DNA of 64,000 nucleotides from the human T2T-CHM13v2.0 reference genome, Homo sapiens, in NCBI RefSeq assembly GCF_009914755.1, contig NC_060926.1; one strand, written 5' to 3'. A program made the translations under genes and the position numbers. Numbering within the stretch: the first letter of the stretch is position 1; every line of letters begins with the position of its first letter. This document shows positions 34,871 to 51,572 of this stretch, piece by piece. The notes under the pieces are model-generated. The model worked only from the letters and a program-made list of their open reading frames with translations, did not search any database and had not been told where the DNA came from.

Positions 34871-35689
34871 TTGATGAATTGCTAGGAAAAAAAGGGGGAA
34901 AACTCATGCTATATTTTTCCAATTTAAAAAGTACTGAGCCAATTTATCCAAACCAGGGCAATAAAAATAAGTTCAGACTGCTGAGTTTTCTCTAAAATCA
35001 AGAAGATATTGAATGTTCTGCATATCTTAAGTAAATTAAGTCATCTAGGAATCTATTATATTTATGAGATATAAAAATCTATTTTTATGCTCTCCTGTTT
35101 CAGATTTAATATATGCCATATTATAGAACCTGTATTATAAAGCATAACATTTTATGAACTGAACAGATGGTTCTGTTAATATAACACAGTCGAGTTATTT
35201 AAACTTGCATCATTGTTTATACAGAAGTGATCTTAAATGTACCTCAATAAGGATATGAATAGCCTATTTTAATTACATTTAATGAAATGTCAAAAAGCTA
35301 CGCATTATCCAGAGACATGTGAAATAAAATGTCAGAAAGCTACACATTACTCAGATATGTAAAATAAAATTTCAAATATTAAAATAAAATTTTAATAAAT
35401 TTAAATTATTGATATAAGAAATATTTGATACTTATTATATAAATTAAGATTTTTAAAATTAATAACAAACATGGTATCAGTTAATATCCAAAACTTAAAT
35501 ATGTGTATTTTAAGGATAAATGTTATTTATTACTTTAGGAATATCTTAAGGATAAATACACAGTTATATGTATTTTAAGGATAAATTGCCACATTTTAAT
35601 TTCCAAAGTTTCCAGGCATTACAAGAAAATTATGAGCAGGCAGTGTATTCTGAAGGAAAGGACAAGGGGAATTCAATTCCTGTAATGTT

Positions 35690-36055
35690 AGGATTGACCG
35701 AAAGAGCTTAAGATGAATAGCGAAGAGAAGATAATTCACAGATGGACTTGATAGCTGTGTGAAAACATTTATGGAATCATCATATGGAAGAAATAGTAGA
35801 ATTTAACTCCAAAAATTCAAACACTTAGGTGTAGAAATCAGATATGAACTAATTTAGTTGATATATAAAGATATTCTTGCTGGCTGTTAGGAAATGAGCA
35901 ATATAAGAGTGGCTGCATTGCAAAGTTTAGATTCCCTGTCATGGAGGCACTCCTCCACAGTTCAATGACGCTAGCTAAAAGAAGAGAAACATGGTATACC
36001 GACTGTGAGTGGATTGGACTCCCTTTTTGGTCTTTTCTAATTATGAGATTATGAC
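35690..36055 (+). mobile_element. L3/CR1 3' remnant
   Basis: TTCCCTGTCATGGAGG and terminal TTCTAATTATGAGATTATGA resemble the CR1/L3 3' end. Confidence 0.5.
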
Positions 36056-36065
36056 AAAATGGAAG

Positions 36066-38446
36066 TGATATTGTTTGGCTGTGTCCCCACCCAGATCTTA
36101 ACTTGAATTGTAGTTCCCTGAATCCCCACATGTGATGGGAGAGACCAGATGGAGATAATTAAATCATGCGGGTGGTTTCCCCCATCCTGTTCTCATAAGA
36201 GTGAGTTACTTCTCACAAGATCTGATGGTTTTATAAGGGGCTTCCCCCTTCACTTGGTACTCATTTTCTTCTTGCTGCCACATGTGAAGAAGGAGGTGTT
36301 TGCTTCCCCTTCTGCCATAATTGTAAGTTTCCTGAGGCCTCCCAGCCATACTGAACAGTAAGTCAATTAAAGCTTTTTCCTTTATAAATAACGCAGTCCC
36401 AGGTATGTCTTTACTAGCAGTGTGAGAACAGACTAATATCGTAAATCAGTACCACAGAGAGTGGGGTGCTGCTGTAAAGACACCCAAAAATGTGGAAGTG
36501 ACTTTAGATCTGGGTAAAGGCAGAGGTTGGAACTATTTGGAGGACTAAGAAGAAGACAGAACAATGTGGGAGAGTTTAGAACTTCCTAGAGACTTGTAGG
36601 GCTCAAAGGACAGGACAACGTGGGAATGTCTGGAACTTCCTAGAGACTTGTTGAAGAGCTTTGACCAAAATGCTGATAGTGATATTGACAATGAAATCCA
36701 GGCTGAGGTGGTTTCAGATGGAGATGAGAAACTTCCTGGGAACTGGAGTAAAGTTCTCTCAGCATTTTGACCAAGCCCCAGAGATCTATGAAACTTTGAA
36801 CTTGAGAGATGATTTACAGTATTTGGAGGAAGAAATTTGTAAACAGCAAAGTGTTCAAGAGGTGACTTGGGTGGTGTTAAAAGCATTGGTTTTGTGTATT
36901 CATAAAGATATGGTTTGGGAATGAAACTTTTGCTTAAAAGGAAAGCAGAGCATAAAGTTTGAAAAATTTGCAGCCTAATGATATATGTGATAGAAAAGAA
37001 AAACTCATTTCCTGAGGAGAAATTCAGGCTGGCTGCAGAAATTTGCATTAGTAACTTGGAGTCAAATATTAATCACTAAGACAATGGGAAAAATGTCTCC
37101 AGGGCATGTCAGAGGCCTTTACGGCAGCCCGTCCCTATCACAGGCCCAGAGGCCTAGGTGGAAAAAATAGTTTTGTGGGCCGGAGCCAGGGCCTTGCTGC
37201 TTTGTCCAGTCTTTGGGCTTGGTGTGTCTCAGCCATGTCTAAAACAGACAAAGGTGTAGCTCTGGCAATCACTTCAGAGCATGCAAGCCTCAAGTTTTGG
37301 CAGCTTCCATGTGGCCTTGCGCCTGTAGGTACAAAGAAGTCAAGAATTGTGTTTTGGGAATCTCTGCCTATATTTCACAGAATGTATGGAAATACCTGGA
37401 TGTCCGGGCAGAAGTCTCCTGCAGGAGCAGAGCCCTCATGGAGAACCTCCGCTAAGGCAGTGTGGAAGGAAAATGTGGGTCTGAGCTCCCATATAGAGTC
37501 CCCACTGGGGCACTGCCTAGTGGAGCTGTGAGTAGCGGGTCACAGTCCTCCAGATCCCAGAATGGTAGGTTTGCTTAAAGCTTGCACCATGTGCCTGGAA
37601 AAGCTGCAGACACTCAACGCCAGCTTGTGAAAGTGGCCAAGAGTGGAGCTGTATCCTGCAAAGCCACAGGGCAGAGCTGTGCAAGGCCATAGCAGCCCAC
37701 CTCTTGCATCAGTGTGACCTGGATGTGAGACATGGATTCAAAGGAGGTCATTTTGGAACTTTAAGGTTTAATGACTGCCCTAATGGATTTTGAACTTGTG
37801 TGGGGCCTGTACCACCGTTGTTTTGGCCAATTTCTCCTATTTGCAATGGGCGTATTTACCCAATGCTTGTACCCCCATTGTACGGTAACTAATTTTCTTT
37901 GATTTTACAGGCTCATAGGCAAAGGGAATTGACTTGTCTCAGATGAGACTTTGGACTTGGACTTTTGAATTAATGCTGGAATGAGTTAAGACTTTGTTGG
38001 ACTGTTGGAAGGGTATGATTGTGTTTTGAATTGTGATGGTATGAGATTTGAGAGGGGCCAGAAGCAGAATGATATGGTTTGGCTGTGTCCCCATCCAAAT
38101 CTCATCTTGACTTACAGTTCCCATGATCCCCATGTGTCATGGGAGGGACCAGTGGAGATAGTTGCATCACAGGGGCAGTTTCCCCCATCTGTCCTCGTGA
38201 CAGTGAGTTAGTTCTCATGAGATCTGATGGTTTTATAAGGGGCTTCTCCTTTCATTGAACACTCATTCTTCTTCTCGTTACAGCCATGTGAAGAAGTACA
38301 TGTTTGCTTCCCCTTCTGTCATGATTGTAAGTTTCCTGAAGCCTCCAGAGCCATGCTGAACTGTAAGTCAATTAAACCTCTTTTTTTAAATAAATTACCC
38401 AGTCCCATGTATGTTTTTATTAGCAGTGTGAGAATGGACTAATACA
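36066..38446 (+). mobile_element. Full THE1D-like MaLR element (5'LTR 36066-36440, internal region, 3'LTR 38070-38446)
   Basis: Two homologous LTRs beginning TGATA; perfect 5-bp TSD GGAAG (36061-36065, 38447-38451). Confidence 0.95.
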
Positions 38447-41364
38447 GGAAGGGAGAGTACAAGTAAAACTCCATAGTATTTAGAGTTTAATGCCACCAAA
38501 ATTAGTCTACCTATGCCATTATAAGTAGACTGATGCCTTTGTTTAGTTTCAAGAACATTTTTAAGATGATCAGTAATGGATTCAGCATTCTATGTGTATG
38601 GTAGAAACAGAAAAAGTAGATGGTTTCACCCTATTTGTAGACTACTGCAAAAACTTTTTAATTTAGTCTTATTTTCTCCTCTAAAAACTTGGCATTAGCT
38701 TCTCCAATAGATTGACTATGGTTTCAACTGCCAAAACAAACAATAAACCTCTACCCAAATTAAGACCATATTATACATTCCATTTCATATTCTTAATAAG
38801 TTATTTGTAAGCAGCTAAGTGCTAAATCAGTGTTTGCTCAAGAGTAAAGTATAAGAAGAAGAAAATAGGGAGAATAAAAATTAATATTTGCCTTAGATTT
38901 ACTCCAGATATCACCTGATGAATAAGCCAATAAATATTCTAGAACCAATTCTAGTTTTTTTCTGTTTTCCTTTTTTACTATTTATCACCTTTCTTTATGT
39001 TCTTTCCATTCTTCCTTCATGATCCTTGGCTTTTTTGCTCATCTCCATTCCATTATGTTGCTGTTCATTAGCAATTCAGAGCCACAGCAATGGTTTATCA
39101 GTTGAAATTGAGCCCACTTATGGGAGACTTAGGTGGGAAAACTTTCTTCCACTGCCATTTGAGAAAGGAGGACCATAGAAAGGAGGGTAGACACCAATGA
39201 TGATGCTAAAGTAAAAGCTTCTCTTCTGGAGCTTAAAAATTTATATATAACTCTCCTAGCAGAATTTCTAGAAACATTTGGATCCTCACTTTTTTGTTAC
39301 CAGAACACCATGAACCTCATTTATCAAGTGCAAAATATCTGAGAAAAAATTAGAGGATGAATTGCAATTACAGCAGGAGATTTACTTGGATATTAATTAT
39401 CATTATTTTTATTTTGCTTTTGTAGAATAATCAAAATGTTGTTTGGTATATCATAATTATTCTCATCCCTTTACCCCCTAATTACCCCTTTTCCTTTGGT
39501 GTTATATTATTTTGGAAGCTTTTGTAGAAAAAAATTAAAAGTTGCTTATAGGTGGGCTCTCTTCCTTTATCTTGTGAAAGATGCAAAAAAAAAAAAAAAT
39601 AAGAGATTGTGTTAGATATTCCAAATGAGAGGGGACATAAAGGGGGCAGAATTGAATTGGAGTAGAAGTTAAATTAAATGTATTTTTTGAATGGGTAGTG
39701 AAAGCTAGTGTGTATATCCGGAATAGTATATGCCCATGTTCCAGGTAAGTGGCAATTAATCAAAGGTCTACTATTTCTATGTGCACCCAGGTAGGCTGGA
39801 TCCCAGAAAGCAGGGTATTTAGATTACCAAAAACCTACCACATTCCTACTTGGAAGGAAAGCAGGAAAGCAACTGCCCATGCCAGGGGACAACATGGATT
39901 CAGATAAGGAAAACAATAGCAACAGCCAGGTGGTTGAAATTTACCTGGTTTCTGCCTCTATGTGAGATATAAACTTCTAGAGATTTATGTCATATTCCTA
40001 AAAAGAACTCACTTGTGCAATAAAGTACTGTGATTGAATATCATGCCATTTCCATAGGATAAGAAAAATACAATTGAAAGCAGATTTTGTTTTATTGACC
40101 TTTAGGTTATAAATCAGAAGTACTGTTTAAAGTGTTTTTCTATATTTCTATTTTAAAATGGAGCTGTGAATACAGATCTTTTTGCTGTTCATTAGCCTTC
40201 ATCTAGTTTTCCCAGGTATTCTAAAATCAGACAGTTGACTCATAGCTCACACACCAAATCAAGCAAAATTTGGAAGAACACTTAGATTAAACTCTGGGTC
40301 TCTTTTCTATTCCTTTTGTAAAAACTGACTGTTTATGTAAATTTAGATGTAAAAATGTCAAGGGACTCTGAAGTCATTTTTGCATTCAAAGATGAGACCT
40401 GTCAAAGCATTATGACACATTTGAGTGTCAGGATATGAATGGATAAGGTAATGGTATCATTAAAGCTTTGCTAATATTAAAGTGTGTTGAATATTTCTTG
40501 AATCACCTTAGTTCATCCTCTCATCATGGATTTGTAATATGTGGGAGCTAATGTATAGTTTAAATATAATTCTCATTTGCAGAAGAAAATTACTCATAAT
40601 CTTTTACTATCATATTTAATCTGCATTTTAAACTTTAGATAAAACACTGAATTAAGAAAAAAGAAAATTATATTTAAATGAAAAAAAAATAGAAAAATTA
40701 ATGAAAAATTTTTGTGTTATAAATTACATATTGACAGATTCCATAGTAGTTAATATAGATTTTTAAAAAGTAACTCCTCAAAGGCATGTAATTAATCTTA
40801 TAGTTAGGTATGTTATGATGATTGAGCAGGTCTTTGTATGAAGCCAATAGCAGACATCTTGTCAGTCACTTATTTTATTTATTTTTCTCATGAAAATAGG
40901 TGAGTACTAAAGGAATATTTGAAAACAAATTGCAACAGTAAAAAGTGAAAGTTCCTCAGCCAATTTTGATTAATTCCATTAACCTCCCAGATACAACTAC
41001 TGTCCAATAAATGCATATTTATTTACTTACACATACATAGGTTTATCTATATCTATCTCCTGTCTGTCCACACATGTGTATACACACACACACTTATAAA
41101 TATTTTGAGATTAATGGAATTATACTGTACATATGCTTTGTAACTTTTTTCAATTAACTACATGAAATAAGGAGGTCTATTCATATTATTATCTTAGATC
41201 TACCTTATAAATGGCAGCATATTTCATAGAATAAACATAGCAGAACATTTAACTGCTTCTAAGTTTTCTGTCTTACAAAATGATACAATAAATATTTGTG
41301 TATTTATTCTTCTTCAGATGTAGCAGTATTTTTCTCAGATAGGTATATAGAAAAAAGAGTTTCT

Positions 41365-44438
<3,074 letters not shown>

Positions 44439-44827
44439 TCATTTTTAATTTGAAGAATTTAATCTCAAAAGCAGCTGGACTTCTACAGCTTCCTCGATAG
44501 GACGTGACTATCTATTTTGTCAAAATCTCCTCAACACTGGATATTAATAATCTAATTTTGATCAATCTCTTTCAATGCATATTGTATCTCATTTTAATTT
44601 GCATGTTCTGGATTATTAGAAGGCTTGACAATCATATCTCAGCTGCATTTTTCTGAAACGTATAGACATTTTCCTTGGCATTTTCTTGATGGGTTCTTGT
44701 GCTATTTTATATTCTTTTTAGAAACTTAAATATACTCAAAATTTTAACCTTTCATATTATATAGTTCACAAATATATTTTCCAGTTTGTCGCTTAACTTC
44801 GTATCTGGTGCTTTTAAAATAATTTCA

Positions 44828-45138
44828 TTTTTTTGTTTTTTACTTTGAGATAGAATCTTGCTATGTTGCCCTGGTTGGAGTGTAGTAGTGCATTCACAAC
44901 AATCACTGCAGCTCAACTTCTTGGGCTCAAGCAGTCCTCACACCTTAGGCTCCTGAGTAGTTGGGACTACAGGTGTGCACCACCATGCCCAGCTAGTTTT
45001 AAAAAACAGTTTTTTTTTTGTAGAGACAGGGTCTCCCTATGTGGCCCAGGCTGGTCTTAAACTCCTGGGCTCAAGCGATCTTCCCACTTCAGCTTCCCAA
45101 AGTGCTGGGGTTACAGGCATGACCCACCACACCTGGTT
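44828..45138 (-). mobile_element. AluJ
   Basis: CTTGGGCTCAAGCAGTCC and AACTCCTGGGCTCAAGCGATC J motifs. Confidence 0.9.
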
Positions 45139-45289
45139 TTAAGACTTAATTTAAAGCTTATCTACAGCCAGACCTGTCTTTCCTTTATTTATAGGTTTGG
45201 GTTTTGGATATTCCTCAAAATTATCTTTGCCAAACTAAATTTTTAAAAATACACTACTATTTCCTCCTCTTCTGGAATTCCTTCTCTCT

Positions 45290-45827
45290 AGTAAATAAGA
45301 AATAAATAATTTATTTTATAACTGATAATATATGTATAGATATAATGTCACCATGATATAAACTGTGAGGAAAGAGTTTGAGTCAGTTAAGTGGCAAGGA
45401 TGAGTAGAGAAAATCGTTATTTTCTATTAGTTGGTTACAAAACCCTATATGCATAAATGACATTTGATCTGAAACATAAATAAAAGAAGAAAGGAGCCAT
45501 ACACGTTTTGGTAATGGCGTTTCAGAGAGAGAAAATAAAAAATGCAAAGGCCTAGAATCCTGAAAATATGCACATAACAAGGAGGGTAGAATGGTTGCAG
45601 CAAATGAGAGAGTGAGCAGTATCTGGATTTGGTTATTCAGGCACCTGATACAGCAGGGCATCATGGGCACATTGGGGACTTATTCTAAGTGTGACGGGAA
45701 GCCACTGCAAACTTTGAGAAAATAATGAAATGATCAGACTTGCATTTGAAAATATTATATCAGGTTGTTTTGTGGAAAACAGACTTTGCAGAAGGTGGCT
45801 CAAGATAGGGGAGCAAGAAAGGAATAA
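45290..45827 (-). mobile_element. L2 (left part; resumes at 47589-47830)
   Basis: GGGAAGCCACTG...ATGATCAGACTTGCATTT; continuation CAGTTATTAGGCTACTG...CCAGGCAAGAGATG. Confidence 0.75.
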
Positions 45828-46298
45828 TGTCTTAGGGTTTTCTGGGGTAACAGAGCCAATGAGATAGACACAGGTATGTAGAAATAAATTTGTTCTGAGG
45901 GATTGGCTCATGTGACTATGAAGACTGAGAAGCCTAATGATCTTCCATCTGCAAGTGGAAGAACCAGAAAAGTTGGTGGTGTAGCCCCAGTCCAAACCTG
46001 AAAGCCTTAGAACAAGAAGCACCGATGTCCCAGGGCAAGAGAAAACAAATGTCCAAACTTAAGCAGAGAGAACACATTTGACTTTCCTCCACCTTTCTAT
46101 TCTATTTGAGCCCTCGAAGAATTGGATGATGTGGCCACTCACATTGGTAAGGGTGATTTTCTTTACTCAGTCTACCAATCCAAACACTACTTTTTCTTTT
46201 TTCTGAAAATACTCTCACAGAAAGCCCCAGAAATAATGTTTTACCAGCTGTCTGACTTCCTTTCACCCACTTAAGTTGACATAAAATTAATCATCATA
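45828..46298 (-). mobile_element. MLT2 (MLT2B-like) LTR of ERVL
   Basis: TGTCTTAGGG...GATTGGCTCATGTGACTATG...AAGTTGACATAAAATTAATCATCATA. Confidence 0.88.
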
Positions 46299-47588
46299 AG
46301 CTTATCCCTTGTCACCTTGCCACCCATATAAATCTCTTTATACCATATTTAATCTCCAAATAAAGACAATAACAAGGCCATAATTCTGCCTAACATAATA
46401 CAACTATTTTGTTTACAACTGAAAATGCACTGATTCCTTCACCACAAGAGGAGATAAAGTCCTTAAATGATGTTTACTTTTCTCTTGATATTCCATAACT
46501 TAAATACCATAATGTTAAATTAATAATATATAAACACTATGATACAAAGTCAGTATATCTTATGTTACATGATAAGGGAATAAGGGAGAAAGAAAAAAGA
46601 TACTTGCTTAATATATGCATATAGACACAAATGTATTCACAACAAAATAAGGAGGAAACACTCATGACAATTATTTCTGTAACTGATCACGTGGTCATAG
46701 CTGGTATTTATAACTACCTTCTTTTTCTACCTATTCTCTATTCCCTTCTTCAGCAAGGAGCTCAGCAGATCATGGTTCTATACCTGGCAAGATAACCCAA
46801 ACTTTCATTCATGAAGGGTCTGAGCCATTAATAGTCATGCCTACATTGGGCTGTTGAAATTTTCCATTGACCTCAATCACAGGGAATAGTAATACTCAGA
46901 GATAGCCTAAGGTATCTCTTGGATTGCAGACATACTTTCTCTTACCTTCCTTTTTGGAGTAATAGTCCAACTTACTTTTGTTAGGATCAGTCACCATAGT
47001 CAACACCACAACTCCGTTCTTTGGCTGTTGATTTAGGGGAATGGTGAGGAAGGGTGACACAATAGCCAGGTGGCAGTCTTAACTTCTAGTTCAAGGGAAT
47101 CGTTGTGTCTGCTGGTGGAAATGTAGTCCTTTTGGAACTAAGCCCTCCAGGCCAGCAACCATTATAGTAAAAGGAAGCAAAATTTTTACTAGTGTGTCAA
47201 TAGAGGTAATAGTGAGTGGTGCCACTCCCATTTCCATCCCTTGATCCTTAGATCTGTGATTCCTGGCTATTAGAGAAATAACATCATATACTGGATGCTG
47301 ACTTGGAGCATATATACAGCCTTCTGGAGAACCTTGCCTCAGACCTGCAATGTATTGCCACCTAGCTGGCTATGTAACTGAGTCTTCAAATGGCCATTCC
47401 CCTGTTCGATCAAGCCAGCTGCTTTAGCATGGTCAGGAACATGGTACAACCAGTGAATTCCATGAGCATGCCACACTCCGTTTTCTGTGAAGTGAATTCC
47501 TTGATCAGAAGCAATGTCATGTGGCATAAGGCATTCCACAAGTCTACTGATGGTAGTTTAGCAGAAGCATTCCATACAAATAGCAAAA
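46299..47588 (-). mobile_element. ERVL internal remnant: integrase core and dUTPase
   Basis: ORF 47339-47539 IASDQGIHFT...HGIHW...AAGLIE..NG.LKTQL (integrase D and E regions); DTTIPLN*KLRLPPGY (dUTPase) near 47060-47110. Confidence 0.9.
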
Positions 47589-48117
47589 CAGTTATTAGGC
47601 TACTGAAGTTGTCCAGGCAAGAGATGTTAGTGGTCTAGCATTAGATGAGTGGCCATCAGGCTCAAAATATATCTTAGAAGCAGAGACAATAAGATTTGCT
47701 GCTGGATTTGATGCAATATATGAAAGAATGAGAGTAGTTTAGAATAACCACAAGAATTCTGGCCTGAGAAACAGAGTGGGTGGAATGCTACTTACTGAGG
47801 TAGGGAAACATGGAAATGAGTTAGATTTTAAATTGTGATCTAATACCACAAACATTTAATTCCTAATAGTTTTATGGTATTTATTTATATTGAGTAGAGA
47901 TACACTCACACAATTATTTTGTTCTGAACATCTTTTGCTTTTATTATTTAATATATTCTACTCAGTAAAATATAGAATAATCTTGTCAAGTTTTACTTAA
48001 GGGGAATAAAAACACGTTATTGAGGGCTTAATATTTAACAATTAGCTTATACATTAATTTTAGGAGAATTGACATTTACCCAGTATTCTCAGAAATAATT
48101 ATGTTGTATAATTTCAT

Positions 48118-48262
48118 TTACGGTATTTCACTGAATCTAAACCACCAGTCACCACCGATTGTAAAATATATCAGATTTTAATACAAATTATTAAAATGTG
48201 GAAAATTTTAATAAGAATTATCAAAATGTGGAAAAAAGAATTTTAGAACAGATGAAAAATGA
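48118..48262. mobile_element. TcMar-Tigger-like relic
   Basis: TACGGTATTTCACTGAATCTAA ... TTAGAACAGATGAAAAATG imperfect terminal inverted repeats. Confidence 0.45.
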
Positions 48263-48343
48263 CAAATAACATTGTTTACAATCACCATTAAAACTTTGTA
48301 ATTTACTTCAAGCAGACATTTCCTTTTTAATGATGGGTTTATT

Positions 48344-51300
48344 CTTTTTTAAAATTCAAATTAAAAAAATTTTTGAGTACATAGTAGGTATATATATTTA
48401 TGAATTACATAGGATATTTTGATATAGGCATGCAATGAGCAATAACCACATCATGGAAAATGGGGTATCTATCCCCTCAAGCATTTATACTTTGTGTCAC
48501 AAACAGTTGAATTATACTTTTTTAGTTTTTTTATGTATAATTAAATTATTGACTATTGTCACCCTGTTGCGCTATCAAATACTAAGCCACATTCAGTGTT
48601 TCTATTTTTTTGTACCATCTCCTCCTCCCCCATCATTACCTCACTACCTTAACCATCCTCTGGTAACCATCTTTCTATTTCCTGTCTCCATGAGTTCAAT
48701 TGTTTTGATTTTTAGATCTCACAAATAAGTGAGAACATGTAATGCTTGTTTATCTGTGCCTGGCTTATTTCTCTTAACATAATGACCTCCAGTTCCATCC
48801 ATATTGTTGCAAATGACAGGATCTCATACTTTTTATGGCTGAATAATACTCATTTTGAATAAGTACCACGTTTTATTTATTCGTCTGTTGGTGGATGCTT
48901 AGGTTGCTTGCAAATTTTGACTATTGTGAACAGAACTGTAACAATCATGGGTGTGCAGATGTCTCTTTAACATACTGATGTCTTTTATTTTGGGTGTATA
49001 TCCAGCAGAGGTTGCTGGATTGTATGGCAGCTCTATTTCTTAGTTTTTTCAGGAATCTCCAAATTGTCTTCCATAATGGTTGGACTAATTTAAATTTCCA
49101 CCAACAGTGCATGAAGGTACCCTTTCCTCCACATCCTCTCCAACATTTGGAATTGCCTGATTGCCTGTTGTTGTTGTTGTTGTTTGTTTGTGGGTTTTTT
49201 TTTTTTTTTTTTTAAGATAAAAGCCATTTTAACTGAGGTGAGATGGTATCTCACTGTAGGTTTTGGTTTTTTTTGTTTGTTTGAGATAGAGTCTCACTCT
49301 CTTACCCAGGCTGGAGTGCAATGGCACAATCTCAGCTCACTCTGCCTCCCGGGCCCAAGTGATTCTCATGCCTCAGCCTCCTGAGTAGCTGGGATTACAG
49401 GCATGTGCCACTATGCCTGTCTAATTTTTGTATAATTTGAAGTCAGGTAATGTGGTTCCTCCAGGTTTGTTATTTTTGTTCAGGATGGCTTTGTCTATTC
49501 TGGATCTGTCGTGATTCCGAATAAATTTTATGATTTTTTTTTTGTTTTTTCTGAATACTTTCTCTGTGTTATCTTGAATTTCTTTGAGTTTCCTCCAAAA
49601 CAGCTATTTTGAATTCTCTGAAAGGTCACATATCTCTATTTCTCCAGGATTGATTCCTGGTGCCTTATTAGTTCATTTGGTTAAGTCATGTTTTTCTGGA
49701 TGATCTTGATGCTTGTAAATGTTCGTTGCTGTCTGGGCATTAAAGAGTTACGTATTTATTGTAGTTTTCACAGTCTGGACTTGCTTGTGTCTGTCCTTCT
49801 TGGGAAGCCTTTCCAGGGATTCAAAAGGACCTAGGCCTCAAGCCCAATAATGCTGTGGTCTTTGCAGATACCCTTGGTTGTCTTGGATAAGATCTGGAAG
49901 AATTCTCTGGGTTACCACGCAGAAACGCTTGTTTTTTACCTCACTTTCTTCCAAACAATGAAGTCTCTCACTCTCTCTCTTTGTCTGTGCAGAGGTGCCT
50001 GAACTGCGGGTATGATGATGCAAGCAACTCTGTGGCCACCACCATTGGGATTGCCCTGGGTCAGACCTGAAGCCAGTACAGCACTGGGTCTCACCCAAAG
50101 CCCACTGTAACAACTACCTGGCTACCACCTATGTTCACTCAAGGCCCTAAGGCTCTATGATCAGTAGGTGACAAAACCAGTCAGGTTTGTTTCTTTCTTT
50201 TCAGGGTGGCAAGTTCCTCTAGGCCCTGGCTGGATCTAAACATGCTGTCTGGGAGCCAGGGATTAAAGAAAAAAACTAATAAATTTAGCTGATATTCTAT
50301 TCCACTGTGGCTAAGCTGGCACTCAGACTGTAATACAAAGTCCTCCCTGCCCTTCCCTCCCCTTTCCACAGGCAGAGGAACCTCCCTGTGGCCATCATCA
50401 CCAACAACCCATGGAGGGTTCTGCCAGGCCACCACCAATGTTCACTTAAAGCCCAAGGGTCTTCAGTCAACTTGTGAATGCTGCTAGGTCTGGGACTCTC
50501 CCTATAGGACAGTGGGCTCTCTCTGGCCCAGGGCAGGTCCAGAAATGCTGTCCAAGAGCTTAGGCCTGGACTAAGAATCCCCAAGGGCCTGCTTGTTTCT
50601 CTACCCCAATGTGGCTGAGCTGGTACCTTAGTACAACAGAAAGTCTGCTTTACTCTTTCCTCTGCTGTTCTCAAACTGGAGTCTTTCACCATAGTCACAA
50701 TAGCTGAGACTGTGCTAGATCACACCTGAAGTCAGGATGTCTCAGAGTCCAATGCCCATGGTGTATTACCTGGGTATTGTTGCTGGCTATTTAGGACCAA
50801 AGAGTTCTTTAGCCAGAAGATGATGAATGTGGCCTGGACTGGGTCCTTTTCTTCAAGGCAGTGGATTCCCTTTTGGCCCAGGGTGTGTCTAGAAATGTCA
50901 TCTGAGAGCTAGGGCCTGCAAGGGAGGCCTCATGGTTCTGCCTGGTGCCCTATCCTACTGTGGCTGAGCTGGCATTCAAGCTGTACAACAAAGTCCTCTT
51001 CACTCTTCACTCTCCTCTCCTTAAGCAGAAGGGAGGAGTCACTGTTGTTGCTGTGAGCTGCACTACCTGAGGTTGGGCAAGGAATGGCACAAGCACTCCC
51101 ATAGCTGCCTAGCTGGTATCTCAGTAGTCATGTGCTACCTTGGTCCAGTGGCTCTGAGCCCAGTCCAATACTACTAGGACTTGCCTAGGAATTGCTGTCC
51201 CTGTGTCCTAGACTGCCTTTCATGTGTACCTAGGACCTTAGAGAACTTTGGCCTTCTGTGAGGGGGCTTGCCAAGAAACTCATGTTCCAACCACTGGGAT

Positions 51301-51572
51301 GGGTGATTCTAGGGCTAGTCCAAATGTTCCCTCTCTGTGGGTGCAGGCTGAGCCCAGCATGGCTTTGCTCTCTGTTGTCACAGGGAAGCACCGAGTTCAA
51401 TGTAAAATCCCCCAGTCACTGTACTCTCCCTCCCCAAGTGCCCAGATTCTGTCTCCACACCATGTAGCTGCTGCTGGGAAGGGAGGAGGGGTGGTGTCAG
51501 CAATTCAAGATTGTTTCTCCAATTCTCTTCAATGCCTCTTTCGGCAATATAAAGTGAAAACCAAGTACTGTC
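48344..51572 (-). mobile_element. L1MA element (3'UTR, ORF2 scrap, ORF1/5'UTR), internally deleted; its 5' tip continues at 59160-59288
   Basis: L1MA-type 3' end; 5'UTR reads straight across the 51573-59145 insertion; TSD ATGGGTTTATT at 48333-48343 and 59289-59299. Confidence 0.88.
49262..49433 (-). mobile_element. Alu right monomer only (left arm missing)
   Basis: GAGATAGAGTCTCACTC...CTAATTTTTGTAT, then L1 ORF2 sequence. Confidence 0.9.

Noticed and set aside
36541-36655. Tandem duplication GAACTTCCTAGAGACTTG in the THE1 internal region, and overlapping ORFs
   Set aside because: Recalled as a feature of the THE1 internal consensus rather than locus-specific; the ORFs are not intact retroviral genes.
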